A stretch of DNA of 64,000 nt. Source: an uncultured Candidatus Poseidoniales archaeon. GTDB lineage: Archaea > Thermoplasmatota > Poseidoniia > Poseidoniales > Poseidoniaceae. Below the pieces are notes generated by a model that was given only the letters and a program-made list of their open reading frames with translations, had not been told where the DNA came from and ran no database searches. Location: positions 12,592 to 76,591 of the forward strand of contig CAJJCP010000028.1 of assembly GCA_905182715.1 (NCBI GenBank), in the 5' to 3' direction. Positions 10,965 through 21,198 of the stretch are shown here, in pieces. The translations under genes and the position numbers were made by a program. Every line of letters starts with the position of its first letter. The stretch's first letter is position 1.

Positions 10965-11303
10965 TCACTCAAGTTTGAGGCGGTGCTTTTCTGCGATCGT
11001 TCCAGAACGCAGGTGCTCAAGAATATCTTCTACAGCATTTTCATCAGCCACAGTATACCAAACCCCTTCTGGATAAACGACGCATGTCGGTCCAAATTCA
11101 CAATAATCAAGACATCCCGATTTCTGAACCCTTACATGAGGGATGCCAGCTTCTTTCGCAGAGGTTTTCAGTAGCCTCATCAACTCTAAACTGCCTCTCT
11201 TCGAGCAAGATGGGCGGCTCGCACCTTCCGGACGTTCATGGCCGCAAACAAACACATGGCGTTCATAGCCAGGTGTTGTCCGTCCTTTTGGGTCAGTTGG
11301 CAT
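10965..11303 (-). CDS. Thioredoxin-like [2Fe-2S] ferredoxin
   Basis: HVFVC..SC..SGCLDYCEFGPTCVVYPEGVWY pattern. Confidence 0.9.
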   Translation of the reverse strand: MPTDPKGRTTPGYERHVFVCGHERPEGASRPSCSKRGSLELMRLLKTSAKEAGIPHVRVQKSGCLDYCEFGPTCVVYPEGVWYTVADENAVEDILEHLRSGTIAEKHRLKLE

Positions 11304-11307
11304 GCTC

Positions 11308-11556
11308 TCACTCCGCTGACATTTGAGAAATCTTTGCAGCAAGGTCGTAATCTTTCTGAGTGACGGCTTCAACTGAATGTGTGAACAGTTCTACGACGAC
11401 ATAGCCCCAGCCAAAGTGAAGTTCAGGGTGATGATTTTCTTGTTCGGAAAGAACAGATACAGCATCGACAAATTGTTTTGCGAGCGCAAAATCTTCAAAT
11501 TCATATTCGGCCATCAGGCGTCCGTCAATGAGTTCCCAGCCATCTGGGACCTTCAT
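11308..11556 (-). CDS. phhB: Pterin-4-alpha-carbinolamine dehydratase
   Basis: EQENHHPEL, LFTHS, TQKDYDLAAKI motifs. Confidence 0.9.
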   Translation of the reverse strand: MKVPDGWELIDGRLMAEYEFEDFALAKQFVDAVSVLSEQENHHPELHFGWGYVVVELFTHSVEAVTQKDYDLAAKISQMSAE

Positions 11557-11560
11557 TCAA

Positions 11561-12007
11561 TCATCCCCAAAGATGAGCGTCATCACTGCCTTCGCTCTCT
11601 TTCTCCACCTTTTCATGGAGTTTTGAACGTCGCTTCATATCTGCTCGTTCGAAAGCAAGCAAACGCTTGTCATCGATGTATGCAGGTCGAGTGTGTGCAA
11701 CTAAGACAATCTGTGCAATGATGTCTCGTGCAATGTAATGGGTTTGGCCATCTTGCGTCAACAATTCAATACTGGATTTCCCAGAGGAGAGGAGTCGGCC
11801 ACGGAGCCAAGTTTCATCATCAGAAACAATCGATCGAGCATCTACAAGAATCTCTACAAAATCATCGCGTCGCAGACCATGACGTCTTTTGAGCAAATCT
11901 CCATTGTGAACATCTACAAATTCTGAAAGATCCGGAGACCCCATGTCTTCCCAAAGTGCTGTTGCCCAATCGGGTAGTTCGACTCCCTGCCTCTTTTTGT
12001 TCGCCAT
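11561..12007 (-). CDS. Hypothetical protein, possible Sm/LSm-like beta barrel
   Basis: ORF tightly packed with phhB; segment VEILV..LRGRLLS..IELLT.DG..YIAR..IAQI. Confidence 0.65.
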   Translation of the reverse strand: MANKKRQGVELPDWATALWEDMGSPDLSEFVDVHNGDLLKRRHGLRRDDFVEILVDARSIVSDDETWLRGRLLSSGKSSIELLTQDGQTHYIARDIIAQIVLVAHTRPAYIDDKRLLAFERADMKRRSKLHEKVEKESEGSDDAHLWG

Positions 12008-12132
12008 GTACAGTTCACGGGGCGAGGCTACTTGAACCTCGCTCTTTGAATAGCATGAAACCAACATTGGCCTCATCTTCAACGGATGTCTTCATCAAGT
12101 ATGGGCCGCCGGCTAAGAACGGGGAGAAGTGT

Positions 12133-13254
12133 ATGAAAGTCTCATGGCGTAAACTCCCTACTGTTTTACTCGAGGATGAAGTCCTTGACAAAGCCTTCTC
12201 CAGATCCAAGAAAGCAGCAGACAGAGTCGATGATTCTGACCGAACCTTTCGGGTCCGTAAACAAATGAATCGAATGGTTCAAACCGCTGCTGATATTATT
12301 TCTACAACCCTTCTCGACACTGTCAACACCTGGCCATCTCTGGACCAATCACCTCAATTTGATGTCTCAATGATCGACGCATGTGTTGGTTGTGATGATT
12401 ATCGCCACCACCTTTCCATGCTTCAATGGGGCGCTCGGCAAGTAACGAGTATCGCCATTCAAAACAGCAAAAAAATTGTTCGAACTGCTAATACCGAACT
12501 TATGCATACTGCTCGCAGAGAAGCATACGGGCGAATCTCTTCGATCTTACGTCGTGTCGGACCTTCGTTGTCTTGGTTAAGTGAAGCGCGTGAAACCCTC
12601 AAGCGTCTGCCGACTGTTGACCACATGCTTCCATGTATCGTCGTGTGTGGTGCTCCGAATGTAGGTAAATCTGCTTTCATTTCCGCTTTGAGTTCTGGAA
12701 AGATGGAAGTCAACCACTATCCCTTCACCACGAAACAAATTCACGTTGGGCATTTTATCCACCGGAGATTGCAATACCAATTGGTCGACACTCCAGGTCT
12801 CTTAGACCGGCCCCTTGAAATGCGTAATGCAATTGAATTACAAGCGATTGCCGCGTTAGAAAACATAGGTTCACTGGTGCTTTTCCTCGTTGACGAGAGT
12901 GAAGCATGTGGCACTCCAATCGAAGAACAGCAACATCTGTTAGAAGATGTTCAAAAACTTCTTCCAGGCACTGATATGATGATTGTTACCTCCAAAGCCG
13001 ACCTTTTGAAACCACTTCCCGAAAATTGGGATGAAGTTGTTGCTGCGGAGAAAGAATGGCGAGAAGAAGGCTCAGGCGGAGAACCTGTCTTGCCTCTCTT
13101 GTATGACTTGAAAGGTCGAGTTACGATGTCTGCAACAGAATTTATTGGCATGGATGCAATGCGATTAGAAATCGTTCGTCGAGTGAATCTTGCTCGACCA
13201 GTGAACCCAATGGCACTGCCTGACGGTTGGTATCGAAGAGACAAAGACGATTGA
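12133..13254 (+). CDS. NOG1-family GTP-binding protein
   Basis: LDKAFSR N-domain, GAPNVGKS, YPFTTK, DTPGLLDRP, SKAD. Confidence 0.92.
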   Translation: MKVSWRKLPTVLLEDEVLDKAFSRSKKAADRVDDSDRTFRVRKQMNRMVQTAADIISTTLLDTVNTWPSLDQSPQFDVSMIDACVGCDDYRHHLSMLQWGARQVTSIAIQNSKKIVRTANTELMHTARREAYGRISSILRRVGPSLSWLSEARETLKRLPTVDHMLPCIVVCGAPNVGKSAFISALSSGKMEVNHYPFTTKQIHVGHFIHRRLQYQLVDTPGLLDRPLEMRNAIELQAIAALENIGSLVLFLVDESEACGTPIEEQQHLLEDVQKLLPGTDMMIVTSKADLLKPLPENWDEVVAAEKEWREEGSGGEPVLPLLYDLKGRVTMSATEFIGMDAMRLEIVRRVNLARPVNPMALPDGWYRRDKDD

Positions 13255-15036
13255 TCACATTTGTTCGATTGGAACAATACCCAAACCTTCCATGCTGGTT
13301 CGCATGAGGTTACGGGCAATTTCTGAGAGTTGTAGATTGAACACATTGAGTTCTCCATCTTTAAGGATCATACAATCTCGATAGAAACTGTTGAATGAAG
13401 TTGCTAATTGGAGCAATTGATTTGCAAAGAGATGCGGGCGGCGGTCATTGACTGCCTTTGATAACACATCTGAATGGACACAAATGGTCCGTAGTAACTC
13501 GACCATGCCTTTTGGCATCTGTGATGGAACCGCAATCTCTTTGTTTGAAATATTCGCTTCGATATCGATGCCTGCCTTTTCACACTTTCTCACTATAGAA
13601 CATGCCCTTGCATGACTGTACATGACGAAAGGCGCCGAGCCACCTTCGAACGCTAATGCTTCTTCCCAACGGAAGGTGAATCCTTTGTCTGGACTGACCT
13701 TTATGATGTTAAAACGCACAGCTGAAGTTCCAGCAGCCTCAGAGATGGAGGCGACCAGTTCGTCGGCATAGTCCGGGTGGAGTTGACGAACAACTGCTGC
13801 TGCTTGGGCTTGAGCCTCTTCCAGTAAATCATCCATATAGACGACATTGCCTTTTCGAGTTGACATTTTACCTTCTGGTAATTTGATGAATGAATAAAAC
13901 AAAACGTCCGGAGTCTTTTGACCTAATTCCGTCAACGTCATACCAACTTGCTTTGCCTGCAGCTTGTGGTCCTCACCAAGCACATTGATCAGTTGGTCGC
14001 ATTGATTCCATTTCCAGATGTGGTAAGCGATATCTCTGGTCGCATACAATGACGAACCATCGCCTCTGCGGAAGAAGAATTCTGTTTTACCTTTCAAACC
14101 CCGTGCTCCCAAGTCCAAATATTCAGCACCGTTATCTGCAACTCCATGAATCTCAAAGGTCTTGAATTTCTCCATTAATTTGGCAACATCACCATTGGTT
14201 ACAAACATCGACTCTTTGGTAAAGGTGTCAAATCCAATTCCTAGCCGATGTAAAGTAGTGAGCATGCCATCCAATACCGGTTGGTATGCGTCTTGGAATG
14301 CTTGTAAGACCGCTTCATCACCGTGTTCGCTGGCGTGAACCATTCGTCCGATTTCGATTTCGATTTCTTCTTTATCTGAACGTTCTTGTCGAATTGATTG
14401 TGCGGCTTGATACCATCGAACCCGTTCATGGTCCGCTTTCCCTTGCCATTTTGGATTGACAGGGTCTCTTTGGTCGAGCGTTTGCTCAACTTCTACTGCG
14501 GAAAGGTTTGCCAGTGCCCAGGCTAACACACCCACTTGCTTCCCCATATCATCAACATAGTATTCTGCACGGACATTGTTGCCGTGGAGACGATGTAGGC
14601 GAACCAGCGTGTCGCCCAATATGGCGTTACGTGCACGACCTACATGGAACGGGCCGTTTGGGTTCGCTGAAGTATGTTCGATGAGGATTTGTTGTTCAAC
14701 TGCAGGTTTTTTGCCGTATGCATCACCAATTCGAACGCCATTATTCATGACTTGATTTGCTAGCCAATGTGGGTCTGCTTTGATGTTGAGATAACCTGCT
14801 ACGGCATTGACTTCTCCAAGAGCAGGATTACTCGAAAGTGCTTCGGCAAGTTGCTCTGCAATTTCTATCGGAGATTTTCCAAGTTCCTTTGCGAATGGAA
14901 AACAAGGTAATGAGAGATCACCTTGAGCGTGCTCTCTCGAACGTACGAGCATGCTTCGCCAGTGTTGCGAAGTGACACCGATGCTTTGCAGTGCAGTTTC
15001 AAGAAGAGGTTCAAGGACGGTTCTGAGCATTTGCAT
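13255..15036 (-). CDS. argS: Arginyl-tRNA synthetase
   Basis: EHTSANPNGPFHVGRARN, YATRDIAYH, KMSTRKG, YSHARACSI. Confidence 0.96.
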   Translation of the reverse strand: MQMLRTVLEPLLETALQSIGVTSQHWRSMLVRSREHAQGDLSLPCFPFAKELGKSPIEIAEQLAEALSSNPALGEVNAVAGYLNIKADPHWLANQVMNNGVRIGDAYGKKPAVEQQILIEHTSANPNGPFHVGRARNAILGDTLVRLHRLHGNNVRAEYYVDDMGKQVGVLAWALANLSAVEVEQTLDQRDPVNPKWQGKADHERVRWYQAAQSIRQERSDKEEIEIEIGRMVHASEHGDEAVLQAFQDAYQPVLDGMLTTLHRLGIGFDTFTKESMFVTNGDVAKLMEKFKTFEIHGVADNGAEYLDLGARGLKGKTEFFFRRGDGSSLYATRDIAYHIWKWNQCDQLINVLGEDHKLQAKQVGMTLTELGQKTPDVLFYSFIKLPEGKMSTRKGNVVYMDDLLEEAQAQAAAVVRQLHPDYADELVASISEAAGTSAVRFNIIKVSPDKGFTFRWEEALAFEGGSAPFVMYSHARACSIVRKCEKAGIDIEANISNKEIAVPSQMPKGMVELLRTICVHSDVLSKAVNDRRPHLFANQLLQLATSFNSFYRDCMILKDGELNVFNLQLSEIARNLMRTSMEGLGIVPIEQM

Positions 15037-15045
15037 GAAAACACC

Positions 15046-16308
15046 TCACATCATGGGATAGCGGCAGATGCCAGCAAGCCCTCCAAATCCAAGGAGTAAT
15101 TGCGAGCCTTCTTCGGTGTCAACCGATATATAGACTATTTCAGTATTGCTTTTAGATGCTAAAACTCCGAGTTCATCAATAAGTGAAACGTTCTTCAATT
15201 CTTTTGCAGCATCGCCTGATGCATCACATGAAGGGCAGTTCGGTAATGCTTCCATACGACCAACGCTTGCAGTCCATTCGTGATTACATGAGGCGCATTC
15301 CAAAGTAATCGAATTCTTTCGCAGACCTTCAGATACTAATAAGCGGCCAACAGCGCCTTGTTCAAGTGCTTCACGTATCATCTTCTCACCGTACGTTGCT
15401 TTTGGTGCAGGTTTGACGAGTTCACTAAGGAAGGCATTCATCACTTGACGTTCAGCATCAAGTTCAATTTCGCCCATCATTGCTCCAGCATTCTCGACTA
15501 ATTCACGAACCCCACTGTCGTTTGAGTAACCAACGTCAAACGTAGTCTTAGCGATTTTCTTGACGATCTCGTGGTGAAAATATTCATTTTTGACAACGAA
15601 ATCTTTGGTAGCGCCTGGGCCACCGACGATAATTGCCTGAATGTTCTCTAAATTTGGCAGCCAGTATGAGGAGGCATGTTCAGATGCTCTCTTGAAGAAA
15701 TTATGTGCGGCTTCTTCAATTAACCGTTCGAAACGTTGAGCGGATTGACCACCTTGTCGGTGTTTGCCCATTATATTGGATACCAAGTGTTCTTGAACGT
15801 GAATTCTCTTTCCTGAAGCAATACCAAATGCAGCTTCGGAACGGTCGATAACAAACAAACCGTATGATTTCTTATCGACCAGCATATCTTCGAGTTGCGT
15901 CAACTCAAATACCGAATCGCACCGGTATCGGAATGAAATCAATGGTTGTGGAGGTTCTTCAACAACGACGTTTATCATTCTGTTCTTATTGTTCCCGATA
16001 ATGATTGAACCAACAAACAGAGCAATGCCATGTTCGCCGGCATTTTTGTATTTAGAAAGTGTTGAAAGAGCAGATTCAATTGCACCTTGAACATTTTTTC
16101 GTGTTCCTTTGGATTTGATGTTCGCAGCCTGCCCGTGTTCGTTTTGGAGCAATGAACGTGCATCAGAAACTTGTCGGTCTGGTGGGATAATAATTGTGAC
16201 TAATTCTGTTCCGAATCCCTTCATTTCTCTCAAATCTTCGAGAGCGATTTTCAGACGAAGTCGTCGCGTTGCGAGAACTGCATCATCTGACATAGGAGTT
16301 GGCCTCAT
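15046..16308 (-). CDS. prf1: Archaeal peptide chain release factor aRF1
   Basis: NIKS, YRCD and GGQS motifs; zinc-ribbon insert; FGGLAGICRY. Confidence 0.96.
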   Translation of the reverse strand: MRPTPMSDDAVLATRRLRLKIALEDLREMKGFGTELVTIIIPPDRQVSDARSLLQNEHGQAANIKSKGTRKNVQGAIESALSTLSKYKNAGEHGIALFVGSIIIGNNKNRMINVVVEEPPQPLISFRYRCDSVFELTQLEDMLVDKKSYGLFVIDRSEAAFGIASGKRIHVQEHLVSNIMGKHRQGGQSAQRFERLIEEAAHNFFKRASEHASSYWLPNLENIQAIIVGGPGATKDFVVKNEYFHHEIVKKIAKTTFDVGYSNDSGVRELVENAGAMMGEIELDAERQVMNAFLSELVKPAPKATYGEKMIREALEQGAVGRLLVSEGLRKNSITLECASCNHEWTASVGRMEALPNCPSCDASGDAAKELKNVSLIDELGVLASKSNTEIVYISVDTEEGSQLLLGFGGLAGICRYPMM

Positions 16309-16445
16309 TTCAATGGCATGGTTGAGGGGTCTTCAACTCTCTTATGCAGTACAATCGTTTCCTTTCAGATTTTCACTCGATTGATGACCGTAACTCTGTG
16401 TTCAAGGGGGATAGTCTCAAAGTATGGAGGCGTAAGGAGTGTTTG

Positions 16446-17150
16446 ATGACCCGTCGTCAAGTCGTTGCTTTGGGAGGTAGCCTCCTGCGCCCTGAAGAGT
16501 CTGAGCAACGTACGGCGTGGTTTGGCCAAATACGGCAACTTGCGGTACACATTGAGGGGAATGGCCGACACCTTGGAATTGTAGTTGGTGGAGGGCTTCC
16601 TGCCCGTGAAGGGATTGAACTTGCCAAGACTATGGTTAGCGACAGTCACCGTCTTGACGAAGTTGGAATTGCTGCAACACGTCTCAATGCAACTATCATT
16701 CAACAAATTCTTCTCGACATCGGCATCGATGTGGCCCCTGTTATTCCTACAACCACGGAGCAAGCCGCAGAACTTCTTGCCAAGCACAACTTGGTCATCA
16801 TGGGGGGAACGACACCCGGCCATACAACCGATGCTGTTGCGGTCGCCTTTGCTCGAGATGCCGGCGCTGGACACTGTATCATTGCCACAAATGTGAGCCA
16901 TGTTTTCGATAAAGACCCTCGAGAACATGAAGACGCCCAATCTTTCAGTACGATGACCTTTGATCAACTCGCAGAAATTACTGGTATCGATGAACCGCTT
17001 GCACCGGGTGCATCTGCAGTCATTGACCCCATTGCGGTTGGATGGGCAAAAAAAGCCGCCATTACTCTTGCTGTCCTTGATGGACGTAATATGCTACTTT
17101 TGGAAGAAGCATTGGATGGAAAATCATTCGAAGGAACACTTATTCAATGA
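16446..17150 (+). CDS. pyrH: Uridylate kinase (archaeal type)
   Basis: ALGGS, VVGGG..AR, GGTTPGHTTDAVA, TNVSHVFDKDP; AAGGAG RBS upstream. Confidence 0.92.
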   Translation: MTRRQVVALGGSLLRPEESEQRTAWFGQIRQLAVHIEGNGRHLGIVVGGGLPAREGIELAKTMVSDSHRLDEVGIAATRLNATIIQQILLDIGIDVAPVIPTTTEQAAELLAKHNLVIMGGTTPGHTTDAVAVAFARDAGAGHCIIATNVSHVFDKDPREHEDAQSFSTMTFDQLAEITGIDEPLAPGASAVIDPIAVGWAKKAAITLAVLDGRNMLLLEEALDGKSFEGTLIQ

Positions 17151-17156
17151 GGTGTA

Positions 17157-17441
17157 ATGATGGTAGATGCAAATAAAGTAAAGGAAAACCTCGCCAAAAT
17201 GGGAAATAAAGCACGCAATTCTCTTTCCACAGGTAAAGTACAACCTCACAAACATTGTCGGATTTGTTTCACACCGATTAAGTTGTCATCTGAACCTCGT
17301 GTCTGTAAAGACCAAGCTTGTATTGACAAGAACGGTCGTGATGAACGAAATCAAAAGCAGATGCGAATCTGGATGTTTGTCTTCCTTGGCTTGTTTGCCT
17401 TCAGTTTTATTGGCCCAATCGTACTTCGTTCAGTCTTTTGA
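17157..17441 (+). CDS. DUF2116-like zinc-ribbon membrane protein
   Basis: PHKHCRICFTPI..C...C followed by a C-terminal TM helix. Confidence 0.75.
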   Translation: MMVDANKVKENLAKMGNKARNSLSTGKVQPHKHCRICFTPIKLSSEPRVCKDQACIDKNGRDERNQKQMRIWMFVFLGLFAFSFIGPIVLRSVF

Positions 17442-17960
17442 ACCGAGGGCGGATTTCCTTCTGAATTCATCAAGCATCTCTTGAGGTTCCTTATCTCCGA
17501 GAGAATCAACCTTTGAAATCGCTTTCATTTGGTCTCCAAGTTTGAACAATTCACTAAAGGCTTCATCTATATTCTGAACTTGCTTCAAGAATCGAATCGG
17601 TGGCCATCCGCAATCGATGACGCCAGGTTCGAGTGTACTTTCTTCAACCCAAGCCGCACAAGCATCACCGTGGCACAGTGCTGAGAAGTTGTCTAAATCC
17701 ATCCAGAAGGTTCGGCGACCACAGACCGGGCAATCCTTGCACTCCATTGTTGAGAGTACATTTACTCCATTTTCGCCGATGACATCGATGTCCCAAACGA
17801 CAACAGTTGAAGAGGTGAGTAACATGAGTTCACTCTTTTTGAGAAAGTTTCGTAAGACTTGCCAAGCCGTATCTTCACTCGAAAAGCATCCAAGTGCCAA
17901 TGAATTACCGCCTTCTTCTACGACTGAAGCAACATAGACACGCTGGACTTCATCGGCCAT
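17430..17960 (-). CDS. Hypothetical Cys-rich protein
   Basis: CKDCPVCG and CHGDAC clusters; compact ORF in a minus-strand gene run. Confidence 0.65.
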   Translation of the reverse strand: MADEVQRVYVASVVEEGGNSLALGCFSSEDTAWQVLRNFLKKSELMLLTSSTVVVWDIDVIGENGVNVLSTMECKDCPVCGRRTFWMDLDNFSALCHGDACAAWVEESTLEPGVIDCGWPPIRFLKQVQNIDEAFSELFKLGDQMKAISKVDSLGDKEPQEMLDEFRRKSALGSKD

Positions 17961-17996
17961 AGCATGTCGTGGATGTTGCTGGGTTTCAAGCCTCGC

Positions 17997-18359
17997 TCAG
18001 TTTCGAGTCCATTCCAGTTCAACAACAGCTAAGCCACCTGAGTGGGGGAGAGGTGCTTCTGGCTTTTCGATGCGAACATGTAATGTTTCAACTTGAGCCT
18101 TCACACAGAGTTCATCGACGACCTTTTGGGCCATTGTTTCCATAAGGAGGATTGGCTTTTCCGATTGCAACATCACTTTGTCAATGGCGATTTGGATATC
18201 AGCATAGTTCAATGTTTGATCGAGTTTTTCTTCGATCTGGGAGTTTCCAAGCGTTGCCCAGACGCTGAACACGAATGGTTGATTATGCTCATGTTCATGG
18301 GAGTAATAGCCATGTTTAGCCATCACTGTATAGGACTCTAAAGCAACACGAATTGTCAT
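17997..18359 (-). CDS. folB: Dihydroneopterin aldolase
   Basis: AKHGYYSHE..QPF, TLNYA, LMETMA, RIEKPEAP. Confidence 0.88.
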   Translation of the reverse strand: MTIRVALESYTVMAKHGYYSHEHEHNQPFVFSVWATLGNSQIEEKLDQTLNYADIQIAIDKVMLQSEKPILLMETMAQKVVDELCVKAQVETLHVRIEKPEAPLPHSGGLAVVELEWTRN

Positions 18360-18367
18360 AGAATCAC

Positions 18368-18655
18368 CTATTCGTCGCGCTCATGGACCCAAATCAAATG
18401 GTAGCCGAATTGAGTTTTGACCGGTTCCGAAACAGTAGCTACTGGCATTGTCCATACCGCTTCTTCGAATTCACGAACCATCTGACCCTTGCGGAACCAA
18501 CCGAGGTCTCCACCTTTTTGGCTTGAAGGGCAGGTGCTCTTTTTACGAGCAAGTTTCTGAAAATCTTTCAATTTCTCAACCTTATCCTTGATTTGAACTG
18601 CTTCTGACTTTGAAGTCACAAGGATGTGAGATGCCCATGCACTTGGAGCGACCAT
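18368..18655 (-). CDS. ppiC: Parvulin-type peptidyl-prolyl isomerase
   Basis: ASHILV, STCPS..GGDLGWF..GQMV, PVKTQFGYHLI. Confidence 0.93.
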   Translation of the reverse strand: MVAPSAWASHILVTSKSEAVQIKDKVEKLKDFQKLARKKSTCPSSQKGGDLGWFRKGQMVREFEEAVWTMPVATVSEPVKTQFGYHLIWVHERDE

Positions 18656-18694
18656 GTGGCTACCTGCTGGCTTCAGTTATTGAAACTCTCGCCA

Positions 18695-20500
18695 TCAAAC
18701 ACTCAGGTCGTAGGCGAGCAATCTCATGTAGGTTCCATACACTGTTGTTGAAATGGCTAATGATTCTTCATTAAATCGGTCCATTGTGTCCAGATACGTA
18801 TGGTATTCCCAACTACCGCTTCCGTAACAAACAACGGCACGTCCGTTTTTGCCACCCAAATCATAGACGAAGGGGCAATGGTCGGAATTACAAGGCATTT
18901 GATCGTCGTCTCCTTGGGCTCCATCAAGTAAACTAAATTGAATATCATACTTGTCAGCAATCTCACTTCGTTCTTGTTTATAGAGGTCAGTGATACGGAC
19001 AATGTGCCCGTAATCTTCTTCGTTATTGGTGAATAATTTCAAAGAGTTACCACGGTTCGCAAAATCAGCATCAACGTGATTCATATCGAGATTAATGTAC
19101 AAGCGAAGGTTATCTCTGAGACTGCTTTGCATCTGTTCAACATATGCTCTACTGCCCCACAATCCTTCTTCTTCTCCGCCCCATGTGCAGAATCGAATTG
19201 TACGATCTGGGGTTCCTGTTTCATTGACCACTTCTGCAATTTGGCGGGCCATTTCAAGAATACTCGAAGTTCCAGAAGTATCGTCAACAGCACCTTGTCC
19301 ATGATAGACGGTGTCATGGTGTCCACCAGCGATGACCAATTCAGAAGTTCGTCCTTGAATGGTTCCACACGGCACATATATGGTTCGTTCTTGGTCGTTC
19401 GTCACATCGATAATCAATTCGATGGAGGCAGGTTCAGTTGAATTAATAACCATGGTTTCAAACATTTCACCTGCGTCTTTGGACATCGAGATGAACGGAA
19501 TGTCAGTTGGAAGGTTGCCACCGTTTGCTGCGACCAATGAATCATAGTTGGTACCTTTGAAAATTGGTACACAGTCGTTGCCTTCGATTTGGCCACACTG
19601 GTAATTCTTATTGACACTAATCAGTCCAGCAAGGTCATTGATTGCCGCATTGCTGTAGAGTTCAGTATTACCGACTTTTGAACTGTCTCCACGAACATAG
19701 CCAATGGTTCCAGTAGCAGTTTGCCACAATGCTTCATCGGTTCCGTTGCCGAGGTCGGTCACCGTAATGTCTTCATCAAACATGTATTCAGATTGGCCGG
19801 AGAATCCTTGGATGACGTAATCAACTCGGTGTTGGAAGGGTGTAATTTGAGAACCTCCTGAAATAATTACACCTTCGCAGGCAAGAGAAAATGCACCACG
19901 GACACAGAGTCTGAAACTGGGTTCTGAATTGACATGATGCATAGGAACTTGGAATTCGTTGATTTCTGCAGCATAACCCATCTCTTGGAATTTCTGACTG
20001 ATGTATTGTGAAGTATTTGCTTCTTCTGTTGTCGCACTCATTCGCCCTTCCCAATCAGGATGGCCAAGATTGACGAGGTCTTCTGCAAAGTTCCGAGCTT
20101 GTGTTTGGTCGAAATCAATCAATTCGTAATCATAGTCACGCTCAAATCCTAGCCATGCTGGTTGAATGATAAAAACAGTAGCCGTCACCATGAGTAAAGC
20201 CAATCCGATAGCAACCAGTCCACCGAGATTCAACGGGCCATAGACGGTTGTCGACATGCGTTGTTTGAAGGTAAGAGGAGATTCAAAGTCATCATCTTCT
20301 AAACTCAAATTTGCAGTCATTGTTTCCTCTTTTGCGGTGGAAGCATCATTTCTTTCATCCCAAACACCTTTTGTTGACGCCTCAGATGAAACGAGGCGTT
20401 GAATGAGGAGAGATTTGTTACCACTGACGGCAAGTCCTTGACTGCGTAGCATATCTTTGAGCTCAGCAACAGAGTGCTTTGACAATGCAGATTCGTCCAT
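18695..20500 (-). CDS. SAP-domain, membrane-anchored M28 metallopeptidase
   Basis: SAP motif LSKHSVAELKDMLRSQGLAVSGNKSLLIQRL, one TM helix, then GGHHDT, GAVDDTSG, GEEEGLWGS, NLDM, SDH, YHT..D. Confidence 0.88.
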   Translation of the reverse strand: MDESALSKHSVAELKDMLRSQGLAVSGNKSLLIQRLVSSEASTKGVWDERNDASTAKEETMTANLSLEDDDFESPLTFKQRMSTTVYGPLNLGGLVAIGLALLMVTATVFIIQPAWLGFERDYDYELIDFDQTQARNFAEDLVNLGHPDWEGRMSATTEEANTSQYISQKFQEMGYAAEINEFQVPMHHVNSEPSFRLCVRGAFSLACEGVIISGGSQITPFQHRVDYVIQGFSGQSEYMFDEDITVTDLGNGTDEALWQTATGTIGYVRGDSSKVGNTELYSNAAINDLAGLISVNKNYQCGQIEGNDCVPIFKGTNYDSLVAANGGNLPTDIPFISMSKDAGEMFETMVINSTEPASIELIIDVTNDQERTIYVPCGTIQGRTSELVIAGGHHDTVYHGQGAVDDTSGTSSILEMARQIAEVVNETGTPDRTIRFCTWGGEEEGLWGSRAYVEQMQSSLRDNLRLYINLDMNHVDADFANRGNSLKLFTNNEEDYGHIVRITDLYKQERSEIADKYDIQFSLLDGAQGDDDQMPCNSDHCPFVYDLGGKNGRAVVCYGSGSWEYHTYLDTMDRFNEESLAISTTVYGTYMRLLAYDLSV

Positions 20501-20545
20501 GCAGCGCTTAGGGGGGTTTGGTTCAAGAATGCGGCGGTGCGATGC

Positions 20546-21118
20546 TTACTCTATTTCTTCACCAGTCCAGCGTTGACCGAGTGTATGTTCAATGCCAATA
20601 TGGTCGAGGATCCGTGCGACGACAAAATCCACAATGTCATCTAGCGATTTTGGATGATTATAGAATCCTGGAGATGCTGGAATGACGATTGCACCCCACT
20701 GGGAGAGTTTGAGCATGTTTTCCAAATGGACAGTTGCATACGGTGCTTCACGTGGTACAATGATGAGTTTTCTTCGCTCTTTCAAAGCAACAATGGCAGA
20801 CCGAGTAATCAAGTTGTCACCGATTCCAGCACCCAACTTGCCAAGCGTGGTCCCTGAGCACGGGCAAAGAACAACTGCGTCTATGTTTGCAGAACCCGAT
20901 GCGGATTTCGCACCGATGTTTTTGTCACTTTCGAGAAGTGCACCTGTTGATTCTGCCAACTCTTCTTTGGTTGTGTTGCATTCGTGCTTGAGGGTGATTT
21001 CACCAGCATTCGTGACGACTAATCGGACCGGAATATCCTTCTCTCGAAGAACTTGAACCAAACGTTGACCGTATACTGCTCCAGATGCACCAGAGATTCC
21101 TACAACAACTTCGCCCAT
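20546..21118 (-). CDS. ubiX: Flavin prenyltransferase
   Basis: GISGASG, ASGS, PCSGTTL, LKERRKLIIVPRE, PGFY. Confidence 0.93.
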   Translation of the reverse strand: MGEVVVGISGASGAVYGQRLVQVLREKDIPVRLVVTNAGEITLKHECNTTKEELAESTGALLESDKNIGAKSASGSANIDAVVLCPCSGTTLGKLGAGIGDNLITRSAIVALKERRKLIIVPREAPYATVHLENMLKLSQWGAIVIPASPGFYNHPKSLDDIVDFVVARILDHIGIEHTLGQRWTGEEIE

Positions 21119-21198
21119 GTTTGCTGGTTGGGCTTCTACCTTTTATGCACTTGTTTTCAAGGAACTCGAAGATTCGAGTAGAAATTGAGCGGACTCTC

